Shown here: positions 25,701 through 39,364 of the stretch, one piece after another | Position numbering within the stretch: the first letter of the stretch is position 1 | Layout: the number at the start of each line of letters is the position of its first letter | Source of the DNA: Mobula hypostoma | Taxonomy: Eukaryota | Assembly (NCBI RefSeq): GCF_963921235.1 | Contig: NC_086101.1 | Span: forward strand, 3,784,001 to 3,848,000 | Direction of reading: 5' to 3' | DNA: 64,000 nt | Translations under genes and position numbers: made by a program | Notes under the pieces: generated by a model | What the model saw: the letters and a program-made list of their open reading frames with translations, nothing else | Databases searched by the model: none | Told to the model about the DNA's origin: nothing

Positions 25701-27481
25701 GAGGTTGAAAGAGTGCAGAGAAGGTTTACAAGGATGTTGCCGGGACTTGAGAAACTCAGTTACAGAAAAAGGTTGAATAGGTTAGGACTTTATTCCCTGG
25801 AGCGTAGAAGAATGAGGGGAGATTTGATAGAGGTATATAAAATTATGATGGGTATAAGATAGAGTGAATGCAAGCAGGCTTCTTCCATTGAGGCAGGGGG
25901 AGAAAAAAACCAGAGGACATGGGTTAAGGGTGATTGGTGGAAAGTTTAAAGGGAACATGGGGGGGGGGGCTTCTTCGCACAGAGAGTGGTGGGAGTATGG
26001 AATGAGCTGCCAGACGAGGTGGTAAATGCGGGTTCTTTTTTAACATTTAAGAATACATTGAATAGATACATGGATGGGAGGTGTATGGAGGGAAACGGTC
26101 CGTGTGCAGGTCAGTGGGACTAGGCAGAAAATGGTTCAGCACAGCCAAGAAGGGCCAAAGGGCCTGTTTCTGTGCTGTAGTTTCTATGGTTCTATGGTTC
26201 TATGATCAGGGACAGTCAGCATTACTTTGTGAAGGGCAGATCGTGTCTAACAAGCCTGATAGAGTTCTTTGATGAGGTGACCAGGCATATAGATGAGGGT
26301 AGTGCAGTGGATGTGATCTATATGGATTTTTAAGGCATTTGACAAGGTTCCACACGGTAGTCTTATTCAGAAAGTTAGAAGGCATGGGATCCAGGGAAGT
26401 TTGGCCAGATGGATTCAGAATTGGCTTGCCTGCAAAAGGCAGAGGGTTGTGGTGGAGGGAGTACATTCAGGTTGGAGGATTGTGACTAGCGGTGTCCCAC
26501 AAGGATCTGTTCTGGGACCTCTACTTTTCGTGATTTTTATTAACGACCTGTATGTGAGGTTAGAAGGGTGGGTTGGCAAGTTTGCAGACGACACAAAGGT
26601 TGGTGGTGTTGTATATAGTGTAGAGGATTGTCAAAGATCGCAGAGAGACATTGATAGGAAGCAGAAGTGGGCTGAGAAGTGGCAGATGGAGTTCAACCCG
26701 GAGAAGTGTGAGGTGGTGCACTTTGGAAGGACAAACTCCAAGGCAGAGTAGAAAATAAATGGCAGGATACTTGGTAGTGTGGAGGAGCAGAGGGATCTCG
26801 GGGTACATGTCCACAGATCCCTGAAAGTTGCCTCACAGGTGGATAGGGTAGTTAAGAAAGCTTATGGGGTGTTAGCTTTCATAAGTCGAGGGATAGAGTT
26901 TAAGAGTCGCGATGTAATGATGCAGCTCTATAAAACTCTGGTTAGGCCACACTTGGAGTGTTGTGTCCAGTTCTGGTCACCTCACTATAGGAAGGATGTG
27001 GAAGCATTGGAAAGGGTAAAGAGGATATTTACCAGGATGCTGCCTGGTTTAGAATGTATGCATTATGATCAGAGATTAAGGGAGCTGGGGCTTTACTCTT
27101 TGGAGAGAAGGAGGATGAGAGGAGTCATGATAGAGGTGTACAAGATAATAAGAGGAATAGATAGAGTGGATAGCCAGCGCCTCTTCCCCAGGGCACCACT
27201 GCTCAATACAAGAGGACATGGCTTTAAGGTAAGGGGTGGGAAGTTCAAGGGGGATATTAGAGGAAGGTTTTCCGCTCAGAGAGTGGTTGGTGCGTGGAAT
27301 GCACTGCCTGAGTCAGTGGTGGAGGCATTTACAAAACTAGTGAAGTTTAAGAGACTACTAGACAGGTATATGGAGGAATCTAAGGTGGGGGCTTATATGG
27401 GAGGCAGGATTTAAGGGTCAGCACAACATTGTGGGCCGAAGGGCCTGTACTGTGCTGTACTATTCTATGTTCTATGTTCTA
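22771..27481 (+). mobile_element. CR1 subfamily C, split by a subfamily A insertion
   Basis: EDWREANVVPLFKKG...ENHGLI breaks at ~23283 and resumes as IRDSQH at ~26204; tail TTCTATGTTCTATGTTCT. Confidence 0.9.
23284..26203 (+). mobile_element. CR1 subfamily A, nearly complete ORF2 (APE plus RT) with few lesions
   Basis: ORFs 23293-23511, 23514-24893, 24924-25673; tail TTCTATGGTTCTATGGTTCTATG. Confidence 0.95.
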
Positions 27482-29144
27482 AAGCAAAAACAGATCTCTG
27501 CATGAGTCTAATTTATTTAGAAATATTAAACACAAAATAACTGATTGCATAAGAATTCACCGCCCGCACCCCCCCCCAATGAAGTCAGTATTTAGTAGAT
27601 GCATTTTTGTCAGCAATTACAGCCTTGATTCTGTGTGGATAGCTCTCTATCAGCTTTGCACATCTGGACACTGTAATATTTCCCTATTCTTCTTCACAAA
27701 GATGCACAAGATCAGTTAGAATGTATGGGGATCGTGAGTGAACAGCACTTTTGAAGTCCAGCCACAAGTTCTCAAATGGATTACGTTCTGGACTCTGACT
27801 TGGCCACTCCAGGACATTAACCTTGCTGTTTTTAAACCATTCCTGTGTAGATTTGGCTTTATGCTTGGGGTCATTGTCTTGCTGGAAAATAAATCTTTTG
27901 CCAAGTCGCATTTCTCTTGCAGACTGCAACAGGTTTTCCTCCAGGATTTCCCTGTATTTTGCTGCATTCATTTTGTCCTCAGTCGTACAAGCCTTCCAGG
28001 GCCTGTTGCAGTGAACCATCCCCACAGCATGATGCAGCCACCACCTTGCTTCGTGGTAGGGTGTGTTTTTGATTATGTGCGGTGTTTCCCTTGCGCGCAA
28101 AATAGCGTTTAGTCTGCTGGCCAAACAGCTCCATTTTGGTTTCATCAGACCATAGAACCTTCTTCCAGCTAACTTCAGAGTCTCTGACATGCCTGTTGGA
28201 AATTCTTGCCAAGATTTCATGTTCGTTTTTTTCAACAACGGCTTTCTCTTTGCCACTGTACCATAAAACTGTGACTGGTGAGCAATTGTTGTTTTCGTAG
28301 TCTCTCCTATCTCAGCCATTGAGGCTTGTAACTCTTCCAGAGTTTTCATAGGTCTCTTGGTGGCCTCTCTGACTAGTCCCCTTCTTGCAGAGTAATTCAG
28401 TTGACAGCCTGTTGCAGGCATATTTCCAGCTGTGCCATATTGTTTCCATTTCTTGATGATCGACTTAATTTAGTGACTTGGAAATTTTCTTGTATTCATC
28501 TCCTGACTTGTGCTTTCAATAACCTGTTTACGGAGTTGCTTGGAGTGTTCTTTAAACTTCATGGTGTAGTTTTTGCCAGGATACTGACTCACCAGCAGTT
28601 GGACCTTCCAGATACATGTGTATTTTTACTACAACCAATTGAAACATTTTGACTGCACACAGGTCTCCGGAAACAGATCTCGATTTAACTAATCAGGTGA
28701 CTTCTAAAACCAATTGGCTGCCCTAGTTATAATATGGTGTGTCATATTTAAGGAGGTGAATTCTAATGCAATCAATTATTTTGTGTTTTATATTTGCAAT
28801 TAATTTAGATCACTTTGTGGAGATCTGATTTCACTTTGACACGAAAGAGTCTTATTCCTTTGATCAGTGTCAAACAAGCCAAATTAATACCACTGTGATT
28901 CAATTTTTTAAAACAATGAAAGATGAAAACTTCCAAGGGGGTGAATTCCAAGGGGGCACTGTATATCAGCTTGTAACAGGTTCATTGTTTTAGAGACCTT
29001 TCTTTTTCAGGTATATTCTTCATCAGATTATATCCCATTTTACATCATAGATAGGTCTTTCAACCCTTCTTCTCATATCAATTTCCCACTTCAGAAGCAA
29101 CCTTCCACCTATCACCACACCCAGCAACAGTGCCCAGAACTCCA

Positions 29145-32100
29145 TAAGAACATAAGAATTAGGAGCAGGAGTAGGCCATCTGGACCATCGAGCCTGCTCC
29201 TCCATTCAATAGGATCATGGCCGATCTGACCATAGACCTATCTCCACCTACCTGCCTTTTCCCCATAACCCTTAATTCCTCTACTATGCAAAAAAATATC
29301 CAACCTTGTCTTAAATATATTTATTGAGGTGGCCTCTACTGTTTCATTGGGCAGAGAATTCCCCAATCTCACCTCCCTCTGGGAAAAGCAGTTCCTCCTC
29401 ATCTCTGTTCTAAATTTATTCCCCTGAATCTTGAGGCAGTGCCCCCTAGTTCTAGTCTCACTTACCAGTGGAAACAACTTTCCTGCCTCTATCTCTTCCA
29501 TAATTTTATGTTTCTATAAGATCTCCTCTCATCCTTTTGAATTACAGCGATACAGTCCCAGGTGACTCAATCTCTCCTCGTATCTAACCCCCTCATCTCT
29601 GGAATCAACCTGGTGAACCTCCTCAGCACCACCTCCAAAGCCAGTATATCCTTTCTCAAGTAAGGAGATCAGAACTGCAGGCAGTACTCCAGATGTGGCC
29701 TCACCATTACCCTGTACAGTTGCAGCATAACCTCCCTGCTCTTGAATTCAATCTCTCTAGCAATGAAGGTCAACATCCCATTTGCCTTCTTGACAGCCTG
29801 CTGCTCCTGTAAACCAATCTTTTTGCAACTCATGCACAAGCACTCCCAAGTCCCTCTGCACAATAGCATGCTAAAAACTTTCACCATTTTAATTATAAGC
29901 TGATATTCCACTTTTCCTTCCAAAGTAGATGACTTCACATTTACCAACATTGTACTCCATCTGCCAGGCCCTTGCCCATTCACTTAACCTATCTATATCT
30001 CTCTGCAGGCTCTCCGTATCCTCTGCACAATTTGCTTTTACGCTCAATTTACTGTCATCAGCAAAATTAAATACACTAATTCTGTCTTGCAGTTTGTGGG
30101 TGTATATGGTGAACAGCTGCAGGCCCAGCACTGACCCCTGCAGCACACCGCTCACCACTGATTGCCAACCATGGAAACACCCATGTATCCCAACTCTCTG
30201 CTTTTTGTTGGTTAACTAATCCTCTAGCCATGCTAATAGATCACCCCAACTCTATGCATCCTTACCTTATGGATAAGTCTTTTAATGTGGCACCTTATCA
30301 AATGCCTTTTGGAAGTCTAAGTAAATAACTTCTATCTGTTTTCTATCCACTGCGCACATTATATCCTCAAAGAACTCCAGTAAGTTTATCACACAGGAGC
30401 TGCCTTTGTTGAATCCATGCTGCATCTGCCTGATGGATCCATTTCTTTCCAGATGTTTCGCAATTTCTTTTTTAATGAGAGCTTCAATCATTTTCCCAGC
30501 TACAGACATTAAACTAACTAGCGTATAGTTGCCTGCCTTTTGCCTACATCCTTTGTTGAACAGTAGCGTGGCTTTCACCGTCTTCCAATCCTCCGAGACC
30601 TGCCCAGAATCTCGAGAGTTTTGGGTAAATTATCACCGAAGCCTTTGCCATTTCTTTCAGTGTCCTGGGATGCATTCCAGAACCTACCTATCTTTAGGCT
30701 CACATGTTTGCTCAGCGCTACCTCTTTAGTGATCGCTATTGTGTTGAGGTCTTCACCTCCTATCGCAGTCATATACTTTCTCTTTGGCATGTTAGATGTG
30801 TCCTCCACCCCAAAGACCGAAACAAAATAGCCATTCAAAACCTCGGCCATTTCCTCATTATGGAAAATCAATTCCCCTTTCTCGTCCTACAAGGGACCTA
30901 CGTTCACCTTGGCCACCCTTTTCCGCTTTATAAAATTATAAAATCTTTTACTATCCATTTTTATATTTTGTGCTAGTTCATTTGGTAATCTATCTTACCT
31001 TTCTTTATTGTTCACTTTGTGGTTCTTTGTTACTTTTAAAATTTTCCCAATCTTCCAGTTTCCCACTACTCTTGGCGACTTTGTAGGCACGAGCTTTCAG
31101 TTTGATGCCTTCCTTTACTTCCTTAGTTATTGATGACTCTCCCCACCCTTACTGTCCTTGTTTTTAACTGGAATATACTTTTGTTGAGCACCATGAAAAA
31201 TCTCTTTAAAAATCTGCCACTGTCGCTCAACCGTCCCACCATATTGCCTGTGTTCCCAGTCTACCACATCCAAATCCTCCCTCATCCCTTTGTAGTCTCC
31301 TTTGTTTAGGCATAATACACTGGTTTTAGATCAAACTATTGGACCCTCCATTTGTATGAGAAACCCAATCATACCATGATCACTGTTTCCAAGAGAATCC
31401 TTAACTACAAGATCACTAATTTTTCCTGTCTCATTGCACAAGACCCGATCTAAGTAAACACATTCCCTTACAGGGTCAGTGGCATGCTATTCAAGAAAAC
31501 TATCACATATGATTCTATGAAGTCCTCCTCAAGAATGCCTCCACCAACTTGATTCACCCAGTTAAAGTACCCCACGATAACTGCTCATGCCTCAGATATT
31601 TCTCTGTTTATTGCCTGTGCCACTGTAATGTTAATATTCAGTGGCTAATAGACAACTCCCACCAGTGATTTTTCTCCCTTTACTATTCCTAATCGCTACG
31701 TTCTGCTCCTTAGATCTAATATCGTCTCTCACTATCGCCCTGATCTCATCCTTAATTAATAGTGTTACTCCACCTCCTTTACCTTCCTGCCTATCCTTCC
31801 GTATTACTTGATATCCTTGGATATTTAATTCCAAAACCTCTCCTCCATGCAACCATGTTTCTGTAATGGCCACTAAATCAAACCCCTTTATACTGACTGG
31901 TACCACAACTTCACTGACCTTGTTATGAATACTACGGGCATTCACAATCGTCACAATCGTCCGGCAGTTCCACGACGGTATGATGGTGAAATTTCTGGAT
32001 GACGGCGACGAGTCGGAGGCCTTCCCAGTGACAAATGGCGTCAAACAAGGCTGCGTTCTTGCCCCGACTCTGTTCAGTATGGTATTCTCTGCCATGCTGA

Positions 32101-34430
32101 CAGATGCCTTCCGTAACTACGAAGAAGGAATCCACGTCAGGTACAGGACTGACGGCAGGTTGTTCAACCTTAGGCGCCTGCAGGCAGTTACAAAGGTACG
32201 AGAGACTGTCATCAGAGACTTGTTTGCTGATGACTGCGCACTCAACGCCAGCACAGAGCAGGAGATGCAGCGTGAAGTGGACTGCTTCTCACAAGCCTGC
32301 GACAACTTCCGTCTCACTATCAGCACCAAAAAGACCGAAGTTATGTACCAGCCTGCCCCAGGAAAGCCATACCAGGAGCCGCACATCACGGTGAACGGCC
32401 AGAATCTCCAGGCAGTCGACAACTTCACCTACCTGGGCAGCATACTCTCTCGCGCAGTGAACATAGATGCTGAGGTCAACAACAGGATTGCCAAAGCCAG
32501 CGCTGCTTTTGGGAGACTCCGTGAGAACGTCTGGGAGCGGAGAGGACTCAGCCTTACCACCAAGCTGAAGGTCTACTGTGCAGTGGTCCTTACCAACCTC
32601 CTTTACGCCAGCGAGACCTGGACTGTCTACAGCAGACACGCCAAACAGCTCAAGCACTTTCAACATAGCTGTCTCCGCAGGCTCCTCCACGTCAGGTGGC
32701 AGGACAAAGTCCCCGACACGGAAATCCTGGAACGAGCATGGCTCTGCAGCGTCTACACCCTCCTGCTGAAAGCCCAAGCCAGGTGGGCTGGACATGTGGT
32801 CAGAATGCCAGACAGCCGATTGCCTAAGCAGCTGCTTTACGGAGAACTGTGTCAGGGCAAGCGCTCAGTCGGGGAGGCAGAAGAAACGTTACAAAGACTG
32901 CCTCAAAGCGTCCCTCAAAGGCCTGGGTGTCGACATCAACACGTGGGAGACGCTTGCCCTCGACCGTCCAGCTTGGCGCAGCAAGATCACCACAGGAGCC
33001 CGTGCAGCTGAAGTCAGGCGCATCATCGAGGCACAACGAAAGCGTGCTGTGCGCAAGGCCCGAGCAGCATCCACTGCCACGACAGCACCCGCCCACTTGT
33101 GTCCCACATGTGGGCGAGCCTTCAGGGCCCGGATTGGCCTCATCAGTCACCTCCGGACCCACAGCCACCAATCTCCCATTTGACTTTGAAGCCATGGTCT
33201 TCTTCGACTACGAAGGACGAACAGCAGCAGCATGGGCATTCAGACAAAGTGCCCTTACAATCTAGTAATCTTTGTGTCTTTTGCACTTGTCTTTTCTGCA
33301 CTCCACCCTTACTTTTCTGTTTTGTAACTTTTGCCTTTCCTATATCTTTATCCATGCTTTAATCTTTTACTTTATCCATACTTCTCCAATCTATTGAACC
33401 CACTCCCGATCTATTTAGTTTAGAGCCCTATCCACAGCCCTAGTTATGCCATTCACCAGGATCCGGGTCCCATCACAGTTCAGATGGAGCCCGTCCCATT
33501 AGAACAGCTCCCTCTTCGCCAATTCTGGTGCCAGTTTCCTATGAATTCAAACACACTTCTCCCACACCAGTCGTGGTGTCACATATTGAACTCTCTCAAC
33601 CTTCTTAACCCTGAGCCAATTTGCACGTGGCTTAAGTAGTAATCCAAAGAAGACCGCCTTTTTGGTTATGCTTTTTAATTTAGTCCCTTGCTGCTCAAAT
33701 TCTCTCAGTGGAACCTCTTTCCTCGTTCTTCCTATGTTGTTGGTACCCAGACGGACCATGACAACTGGATCTTTCCCTTCCCAATGCAAATTCCTCTGCA
33801 GGTCAGATAAGATATCCCGAACCCGGGCACCAGGGAGACAACACAGCCTTCGGGACACTCTATCCCTGCGACAGAGAGCTCTGTCTATTCCCCTGACTAT
33901 ACCATCCCCAATTACCACTACATTTCTCTTCTCTCCCCCCACCCCCTCGAATGTCTCCCTGAATCACGGTGTCACAGTTAGGTTGCTCATTCTTCCTACA
34001 GCCTCCACTCTCATCCACACAGGGAGCAAGAATCTCAGACCTGAGACTCAAGAGCTGAGGCTCCTCCAGTTCTCTCTTGGACCCCACTACCCACCTCACC
34101 CACAGTCAGACCCTCTTGTCCCGGACCACAGACCGAAATTGAGGCAGCTAATCTAATGGGTGTGCCCACCTCCCAAAACAGAGAATCCAGGTAACTCTCC
34201 CCCTCCCTGATGTGCCTCAGTGTTTGAAGCTCAGATTCCAGGTCATCAGCTTTGAGCCTGAGTTCCTCGAGCACCAACGCTTGCTGCAGATGTGGTTACC
34301 AGGAACCACAATGGGGCCCACCAGCTCCCACATCATGCAGCTACAGCACACCATCTCATCCTGCATCATCCCTACTTGATTTAATTAGTTGTAGTCTGGT
34401 GACTTTTTATTCAACCACTACAAAAGCTTT
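29145..34430 (-). mobile_element. Older near-full-length CR1 (subfamily D): ORF1 (coiled coil plus SGNH-like esterase) and decayed ORF2, split by an RTE
   Basis: VVVIGDGIVRG...CLPGARVRD...GTNNIG (ORF1), VNARS, AITETWL, KAFDKVPH, NFADD (ORF2); tail CATAAGAACATAAGAA. Confidence 0.9.
31945..33231 (+). mobile_element. RTE-clade LINE, 5' truncated
   Basis: GVKQGCVLAPTLF, LFADD, RWAGHVVRMPDSRLPKQLLYGEL, C-terminal CPTC...HLRTH; one frameshift near 32875; TSD GGGCATTCA at 31936-31944 and 33234-33242; short (CAG)n tail. Confidence 0.92.
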
Positions 34431-34601
34431 ACCCAATACTCAACTGTGCTTCCTCACAGAAGCCTCTTGAGCCAAAATCAGTAAACTATACCGTGAAACA
34501 ACGGTAAGTCCCACCTTGTTGGTCCGACAACAACTTCATCACTATTCTAATTATTGGTTTGCTTTCTCTCTTTGCAAAACACGCTAAGTGCCTCTATTAC
34601 C

Positions 34602-36893
34602 AATATGGTGGAATTCTTCATTAATATGGAGAGTGACATAGTTAATTCAGAAACAAAGGTTCTGAACTTAAAGAGGGGTAACTTTGAAGGTATGAGACGT
34701 GAATTAGCTAAGATAGACTGGCAAATGACACTTAAAGGATTGACGGTGGATATGCAATGGCAAGCATTTAAAGGTTGCATGGATGAACTACAACAATTGT
34801 TCATCCCAGTTTGGCAAAAGAATAAATCAAGGAAGGTAGTGCACCGGTGGCTGACAAGAGAAATTAGGGATAGTATCAATTCCAAAGAAGTAGCATACAA
34901 ATTAGCCAGAGAAAGTGGCTCACCTGAGGACTGGGAGAAATTCAGAGTTCAACAGAGGAGGACAAAGGGCTTAATTAGGAAGGGGAAAAAAGATTATGAG
35001 AGAAAACTGGCGGGGAACATAAAAACGGACTGTAAAAGCTTTTATAGATATGTAAAAAGGAAAAGACTGGTAAAGACAAATGTAGGTCCCCTGCAGACAG
35101 AAACAGGTGAATTGATTATGGGGAGCAAGGACATGGCAGACCAATTGAATAATTACTTTGGTTCTGTCTTCACTAAGGAGGACATAAATAATCTTCCAGA
35201 AATAGTAAGGGACAGAGGGTCCAGTGAGATAGAGGAACTGAGTGAAATACATGTTAGTAGGGAGGTGGTGTTAGGTAAATTGAAGGGATTGAAGGCAGAT
35301 AAATCCCCAGGGCCAGATGGTCTGCATCCTAGAGTGCTTCAGGAAGTAGCCCAAGAAATAGTGGTTGCATTAGTGATAATTTTTGAAAACTCGTTAGATT
35401 CTGGACTAGTTCCTGAGGATTGGAGGGTGGCTAATGTAACTCCACTTTTTAAAAAAGGAGGGAGAGAGAAACCGGGGAATTATAGACCGGTTAGCTTAAC
35501 GTCGGTGGTGGGGAAACTGCTGGAGTCAGTTATCAAGCATGTGATAACAGCACATTTGGAAAGCGGTAAAATGATCGGACAAAGTCAGCATGGATTTGTG
35601 AAAGGAAAATCATGTCTGACGAATCTCATAGAATTTTTTGAGGATGTAACTAGTAGAGTGGATAGGGGAGAACCAGTGGATGTGGTATATTTGGATTTTC
35701 AAAAGGCTTTTGACAAGGTCCCACACAGGAGATTAGTATGCAAACTTAAAGCACACGGTATTGGGGGTAAGGTATTGGTGTGGGTGGAGAATTGGTTAGC
35801 AGACAGGAAGCAAAGAGTGGGAATAAACGGGACCTTTTCAGAATGGCAGGCGGTGACTACTGGGGTACCGCAAGGCTCAGTGCTGGGACCCCAGTTGTTT
35901 ACAATATATATTAATGACTTGGATGAGGGAATTAAATGCAGCATCTCCAAGTTTGCGGATGACACGAAGCTGGGTGGCAGTGTTAGCAGTGAGGAGGATG
36001 CTAAGAGGATGCAGGGTGACTTGGATAGGTTGGGTGAGTGGGCAAACTCATGGCAGATGCAATTTAATGTGGATAAATGTGAAGTTATCCACTTTGGTGG
36101 CAAAAATAGGAAAACAGATTATTATCTGAATGGTGGCCGATTAGGAAAAGGTGAGGTGCAACGAGACCTGGGTGTAATTATACACCAGTCATTGAAAGTG
36201 GGCATGCAGGTACAGCAGGCGGTGAAAAAGGCGAATGGTATGCTGGCATTTATAGCGAGAGGATTCGAGTACAGGAGTAGGGAGGTACGACTGCAGTTGT
36301 ACAAGACCTTGGTGAGACCACACCTGGAGTATTGTGTGCAGTTTTGGTCCCCTAATCTGAGGAAAGACATCTTTGCCATAGAGGGAGTACAAAGAAGGTT
36401 CACCAGATTGATTCCTGGGATGGCAGGACTTTCATATGAAGAAAGACTGGATGAACTGGGCTTGTACTCGTTGGAATTTAGAAGATTGAGGGGGGATCTG
36501 ATTGAAACGTATAAGATCCTAAAGGGATTGGACAGGCTAGATGCAGGAAGATTGTTCCCGATGTTGGGGAGGTCCAGAACGAGGGGTCACAGTTTGAGGA
36601 TAGAGGGGAAGCCTTTTAGGACCGAGATTAGGAAAAACTTCTTCACACAGAGAGTGGTGAATCTGTGGAATTCTCTGCCACAGCAAACTGTTGAGGCCAG
36701 TTCATTGGCTATGTTTAAGAGAGAGTTAGATATGGCCCTTGTGGCTACAGGGGTCAGGGGGTATGGAGGGAAGGCTGGGGCGGGGTTCTGAGTTGGATGA
36801 TCAGCCATGATCATAATAAATGGCGGTACAGGCTCGAAGGGGCCGAATGGCCTACTCCTGCAGCTATTTTCTATGTTTCTATGTTTCTATGTT
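34602..36893 (+). mobile_element. Young CR1 subfamily B, 5' truncated, RT frame open
   Basis: Uninterrupted frame to 36791; TSD TCTATTACC at 34593-34601 and 36894-36902; (TTCTATGT)n tail. Confidence 0.96.
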
Positions 36894-37548
36894 TCTATTA
36901 CCGCGGGCGCTAGCTAACGGCTTATGCAAAGGCGAGAAAATGGCCGCTCAAAACAAGGGATAGGCTAGAAAAAAATTCCTTTGTGGCCTCTGTAAGGTGA
37001 CCAAACACAAGTTATAGAAGCAGTCATGTCTGTATTTTTAAAAAGAACAAAAGAATACTGCAGGCCAAACCAACCGAACCTCTTTCTCTCACGCACACTG
37101 ATTCACTCTCACTCTCCTGAACAGCACGCAGAGTTGGACCGGAGTCTGTATGTGTTTATCCAGCTTCCCCATTACATTCAGTCTTTGCTGTTCCACTTCA
37201 ACGACGCCTGTGACAGTGAGTTCCACATTCCCTTCACTACATTTCAAGCAGAGATACGTTCTGCACCGACACCCAATCCAATCTACCACTAGTCTTAAAT
37301 TTCGGTATCTGATCCTCCTGACATGATATCCCAATAAAAATGGACAGCCTTCCCAGTCTTTCCCATCAGTTCCATCCTCTCGGTTATGGGATAATTATCA
37401 TAAACATTCCTTGTACTTTCTCCCGGGGTTCTCTGCCCCTTGTTGCAGTGTAAGCTTAGAAGCAGGAAATTTCAATAACTTGGCTTAAATTCCTGCTGTC
37501 AAGATGCACACAGTCAGACAATTGAGATCTGTGTTTTATTTATTTCAG

Positions 37549-37571
37549 GAGCAAGCTCGTCGGAAGAGGAG
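37549..37571 (+). CDS. TRIM coding exon 4 (23-nt microexon)
   Basis: TTTATTTCAG|GAGCAAGCTCGTCGGAAGAGGAG|GTAGGA; 23 nt phase 0 to 2, the usual small exon of TRIM-B30.2 genes. Confidence 0.85.
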
Positions 37572-37666
37572 GTAGGACATGGTCTTTACTGAAACACAGT
37601 TGTATTTGTAAAATAGTTCAAATATCATTGATGCTCAGTTTATAACCAGCTGTGTAATATTTACAG

Positions 37667-37785
37667 GATTAGTGATGATGGACAGGTGCTGTCAGTGACA
37701 CATTGTACACTACCTGTTGAAAAATTCGATCAGCCCTTTTTGTTGAATACAACGTTGAGAGAAATGTCTGATACAATTAAGCAAG
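37667..37785 (+). CDS. TRIM coding exon 5 (linker)
   Basis: TTTACAG|G ATT AGT...AAG CAA G|GTAAAC; 119 nt, phase 2 to 1, joins exons 4 and 6 in frame. Confidence 0.85.
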
Positions 37786-38384
37786 GTAAACATTTACAAT
37801 TTCCTTTCTCCATGTTTGTGAACAATTTTAAGCAATATTTACTCGCAAAGACTGTTTGTAACTCTGGCTGAAGGCATCACTGTCACATGGTGAGCTGGAG
37901 GTGTCCGACCCCTGAACACACCAACACTGGGACACACTACACGCAATACACGGGACTGTTACATTATCCACTGTATCCTGAACCAACTCACACTGCACAA
38001 TCACACCAAGACATCACCAGGTAATAAAAGCTGGTATCTGCCCTGTGAGTGGGATTGTCAGAAAAATATGTACGAAGGAAAGAGAAGGAAATCTGCTTCA
38101 CTCAGCCTGTCTGACCTGTCCGTGACTGCAGACTCCGATTGATTCAGGCCTGCCACTTGCTGGACTCGCGAGTCTCACTGCTATCAAAACTCCACATCGA
38201 AGCATTGTCAGACTGAGCCCAGACACACCTCCCAGCATTGACCTCGGTCAAGATTTCATCTCGGGAGAAGCTCACACATCATTCCCAGCCTGGCAAAGCT
38301 CCCTCACATACATACACAGAACAATTGGCAGATTATGGTCAAAGCCTAAACAATGAGTCCAAGTGAGAGGAGGAAGTACCTCAT

Positions 38385-38732
38385 GCCCTGCTCATCTCCT
38401 CCCTCTGCTTCCCTACCTCCTTCCATTTGTTCCGTGGTATACTGTCCTCTCCTATCAGATACCTTCTTCTTTAGACCTTTGTCTCTTCAACCTGTCACAT
38501 CTCAGCGTCTCACATCATTCACCCTCCCCCCACTTCCATCTACCTTCTCCCTCACCTGGACTCGCCCATCACCCTACAACTTTTGCTCATCCCACACCCT
38601 ACCTTCTTATTCTGCATATTGTTGCCTTCCTTTCCAGTCCGGGTGAAGGGTCTCAGCCTGAAGTGTCAAATTATTCATTTCCCTCCGTAAACCGTGCGTG
38701 ACTCAAGTTCCTCCGGCATTTTGTGTGTGTGA
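38385..38732 (+). mobile_element. Penelope-like element 3' region, degenerate
   Basis: Pyrimidine-rich tract then CCAGTCCGGGTGAAGGGTCTCAGCCTGAAG ... GCATTTTGTGTGTG. Confidence 0.7.
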
Positions 38733-39364
38733 CGGGCAAGATTCCTGTTGTCAATGAACCCAGTGACTGAGATTCCAGAACCACCAGGATAGAGAGTTCC
38801 AAAGATTCACACCCCTCTGCGAGAAGAAAGTTCTCCTCTTCTCAATGCGAAATGACATTTCCCTTATTCAGAGTCTGTGAGCTCTGGTTCCAGACTCATC
38901 GGCCAAGGGAAACATCCTCCCTGCATCCAGCCTGTCGAGCCTTGTTAGAAGTTTATAACTTTCCATGGAATTCATCAACACAGCCAGGCTCCAGGGTGAG
39001 ATTCCTCAGGAAGATGATCTGGGAATGGGTTTCGCCGATGTTTATTCATAGGGATTTCAACACACATTTGTGGCCAGTAAACGTTGAATATTCTGTGGTT
39101 GTTCACTGAGGCTCCAGTTACAGCTTCAGTTCACTTTATTTCTCCTCTCCCCACGAATCTGACTGCACTGAGATTTGATCAATTCAGAAGCCGGCACCTC
39201 CCTACATTGAATCCCCAGTGTTTCTGCGGTTGTCAGATCCTCGTTCCCTCCCCTCGGGTGGCTCTTTTATCGAGTTGAGAAACAGGACATTCAGTGAAAA
39301 TCTGCAATACCAAAGGCAGCAACACCCCCACATCCTCTGTCGATATCTCATTCCAGTCATTGAG

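Larger units (their letters stand above)
22687..28961 (-). mobile_element. Tc1-like DNA transposon (decayed) containing two nested CR1 LINEs
   Basis: Transposase remnant 27684-28421 with WSDETK, FQQDNDPKH, EWPSQSP..NP.ENLW; inverted ends CAGCGCC...TTGGAAGTTTTCAT (22687) and ATGAAAACTTCCAA...GGCACTG|TA (28961). Confidence 0.8.

Noticed and set aside
35699..36103. Recurrent antisense 134-aa ORF (MPPKWITSH...) in four places
   Set aside because: Shadow frame of near-identical CR1-B RT copies; recurrence reflects copy identity.
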